In this document: positions 62,075-64,000 of the stretch, one piece after another
Layout of the letters: each line of letters begins with the position of its first letter
How positions within the stretch are numbered: the first letter of the stretch is position 1
Origin: an uncultured Candidatus Rokubacteria bacterium
GTDB taxonomy: Bacteria; Methylomirabilota; Methylomirabilia; Rokubacteriales; CSP1-6
Length of the DNA: 64,000 nucleotides
Assembly (NCBI GenBank): GCA_963789955.1
Contig: CAWBMV010000012.1
Coordinates: forward strand, 442,239-506,238
Direction of reading: 5' to 3'
Notes under the pieces: model-generated
What the model saw: only the letters and a program-made list of their open reading frames with translations
Database searches by the model: none
What the model was told of the DNA's origin: nothing
Position numbers and translations under genes: made by a program

Positions 62075-63991
62075 ATGATCGTCGGTCTCCTGCTGCTGCT
62101 CTTCTTGCCCGCGGTGGCGCTCGCGGACGAGACCGTGGCGCCGAAGACCGTGCTGGTGCTCTTCGAGGAAACCCGGGCTCTGGCCGCGGTGGCCGAGACG
62201 GACGACGCGATCCGCTCGACGCTCCAGGCGGGCTCCACGTTGCCGATCCGGCTCTACACGGAATACCTCGGCCTGTCGTGGTTCCCGGAGGAGGCACGCG
62301 AGCTCGCGCTTCGCGACCTTCTGCAGAAGACCTATGCGACCAGACGACCGGATGTCGTCATCGTCTGGGGCAGCGGCGGCCTCCGCTTCGTGCTCAAGCA
62401 TCGTGCGGCGATGTTCGAGGGGGTCCCGATCGTCTTCTGCGCGGTCGATCCGGCCCTGCTGCCCCAGCTCGACGCGGGCTCGGGCGTCACGGGTGTCTCC
62501 CGGCGCATCGACTGGACGTCGTCGCTCGACCTGATCCGGCGCTTGCACCCCGAGACCCGGGAAGTCGCCATCGTCACGGGCAACGGCGCCCTCGATGTCA
62601 GGTGGGAGGCCGAGGCGCGTCGGGCCCTCGCCGACTACCCGGGCGGGGTGACGGTGACCTATCTGGCCCGCCAGCCGATGCCCCAGCTCCTGAAGGCCGT
62701 CGAATCGCTCTCGCCCGGCACGGTCATCCTGTATGGCGCCGTCCTCCGGGACGGCGCTGGCCGACCGTATCTGCCGCACGAGGCGCTCGATCTGCTGTCG
62801 AAAGTTTCACGCGTCCCGATCTACGCGGTGACGCCGAACATGCTCGGTCGCGGCGCCGTCGGCGGCCGCTTCCTCGACTTCGCCTCGCAGGGCGTCACGG
62901 CGGCGCAGCTGGCGCTCCGGATCCTCGGCGGTGAGCGGCTCGGGCCCGCCGACATCGTGGAGGCGGACAATCCGTACTTGTTCGACTGGCGTCAGCTGCG
63001 CCGGTGGGGCATCGACGAGAGCCGGCTGCCCGCGGGCAGCGTCGTCCGGTTCCGCGAAGCGTCGGTCTGGGATCTCTACAAGAGCCACATCATCGCGGCG
63101 GTGGTCGTGATCGCGATGCAGAGCGGGCTCATCGCCATGCTGCTGGTGCAGCGGGCGCGGGGCCGGCGCGCGGAGGATCAGGCACGCGCGCGGCGCGAAG
63201 AGCTCGCCCACGCGCAGCGCGTCGCGACCATCGGCGAGCTCTCGGCGTCGCTCGCCCACGAGATCACCCAGCCGCTGACCGCGATCGCGACGAACGCGCA
63301 CGCGGCGCGCCGCATGCTGGCCACGTCGGCCGACGGGGACGAGCTGAACGAGGCGCTCGTCGACATCGCGGGAGACGCCGAGCGGGCCGGGTCGATCGTG
63401 CAGCGGGTACGCGCCATGGTCCGCAAGCAGCCAGGCGAGCGCCAGCCCGTCGACATCAATGCGACGGTCACCGGGGTGACGACGATCTTGCGCCGAGACA
63501 TCGCGCAGGCCGACATCTCCTTGCAGCTCCGCCTGGCCGAGGACCTGCCTCGGGTGCTCGGGGATGCTGTCCAGCTCCAGCAGGTCGTGCTCAACCTGCT
63601 CGTCAACGCGTGCCAGGCCATGGCCGACGTCGCGGACGGACCGCGTGTGCTGCGCATCGAGACGGCGGAGCCGAAGCCTGGGAGCATCGAAATCACCGTT
63701 GCCGATACCGGCGCCGGCGTGGCCGGGCCGGAGCTCGAGCGCATGTTCGAGCCCTTCGTCTCGAGCAAGGCCGAGGGGCTCGGCATGGGGTTGTCCATCA
63801 ACCGGTCCATCGTCGAGGCGCACGGGGGGCACATCGTGGCGACGCGCAACCGCGAGCGCGGGCTGACCTTGCGCGTCACGCTCCCCACGGCGAGGAACGG
63901 GCACGCCAACCTGCGCGGCCCCTCGAGCCTGCCTGGACTCGAAGAGGTCCGACGCCAGAGCAGCAGCGTGCCGGCGACTGACGACGCGTGA
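62075..63991 (+). CDS. Sensor histidine kinase with a periplasmic ABC-SBP-like domain
   Basis: Signal peptide, TM helix, H-box SLAHEITQPL, N-box QVVLNLLVNA, DTGAG and GLGMGLSI; TGATG suggests a coupled gene begins at the window edge. Confidence 0.92.
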   Translation: MIVGLLLLLFLPAVALADETVAPKTVLVLFEETRALAAVAETDDAIRSTLQAGSTLPIRLYTEYLGLSWFPEEARELALRDLLQKTYATRRPDVVIVWGSGGLRFVLKHRAAMFEGVPIVFCAVDPALLPQLDAGSGVTGVSRRIDWTSSLDLIRRLHPETREVAIVTGNGALDVRWEAEARRALADYPGGVTVTYLARQPMPQLLKAVESLSPGTVILYGAVLRDGAGRPYLPHEALDLLSKVSRVPIYAVTPNMLGRGAVGGRFLDFASQGVTAAQLALRILGGERLGPADIVEADNPYLFDWRQLRRWGIDESRLPAGSVVRFREASVWDLYKSHIIAAVVVIAMQSGLIAMLLVQRARGRRAEDQARARREELAHAQRVATIGELSASLAHEITQPLTAIATNAHAARRMLATSADGDELNEALVDIAGDAERAGSIVQRVRAMVRKQPGERQPVDINATVTGVTTILRRDIAQADISLQLRLAEDLPRVLGDAVQLQQVVLNLLVNACQAMADVADGPRVLRIETAEPKPGSIEITVADTGAGVAGPELERMFEPFVSSKAEGLGMGLSINRSIVEAHGGHIVATRNRERGLTLRVTLPTARNGHANLRGPSSLPGLEEVRRQSSSVPATDDA

Positions 63992-64000
63992 TGACCTTCT

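Overview
High-GC bacterial chromosomal window. The gene mix (branched-chain and Fe-type ABC transporters, amidohydrolases, F420/LLM enzymes, class III CoA transferases, a zinc-ribbon adenylate cyclase) is reminiscent of Rokubacteria/Methylomirabilota, but that assignment is inference only. About 60 genes can be read. Many carry single-base indels without nonsense substitutions, most likely long-read assembly errors, so several ORF-track entries are split or falsely fused. Bases 1-47.5 kb are mostly aromatic/organic-acid catabolism and transport: LigAB-like dioxygenase, HpaB-like hydroxylase, a phthalate-type Rieske oxygenase-decarboxylase-ligJ-aldolase cluster, and a Mo-hydroxylase coupled to fhs. 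Bases 47.5-62 kb are a patchwork accessory zone with gene remnants, toxin-antitoxin genes flanked by a 32-bp direct repeat, fur-katG, bactofilin and a putative cell-wall hydrolase. Best leads: (1) a DedA-rhodanese protein with an in-frame TGA at a Cys position (Y-C-T-TGA-P-N-E) followed by a SECIS-like hairpin, i.e. a candidate selenoprotein; (2) a ~54-nt structured element found three times, always in sense orientation just upstream of a ribosome-binding site; (3) two intergenic regions with divergent sigma54-type promoters and a shared enhancer-like palindrome; (4) an active/degenerate GAF-GGDEF tandem pair. No rRNA, tRNA, CRISPR array, integrase or transposase was recognised.
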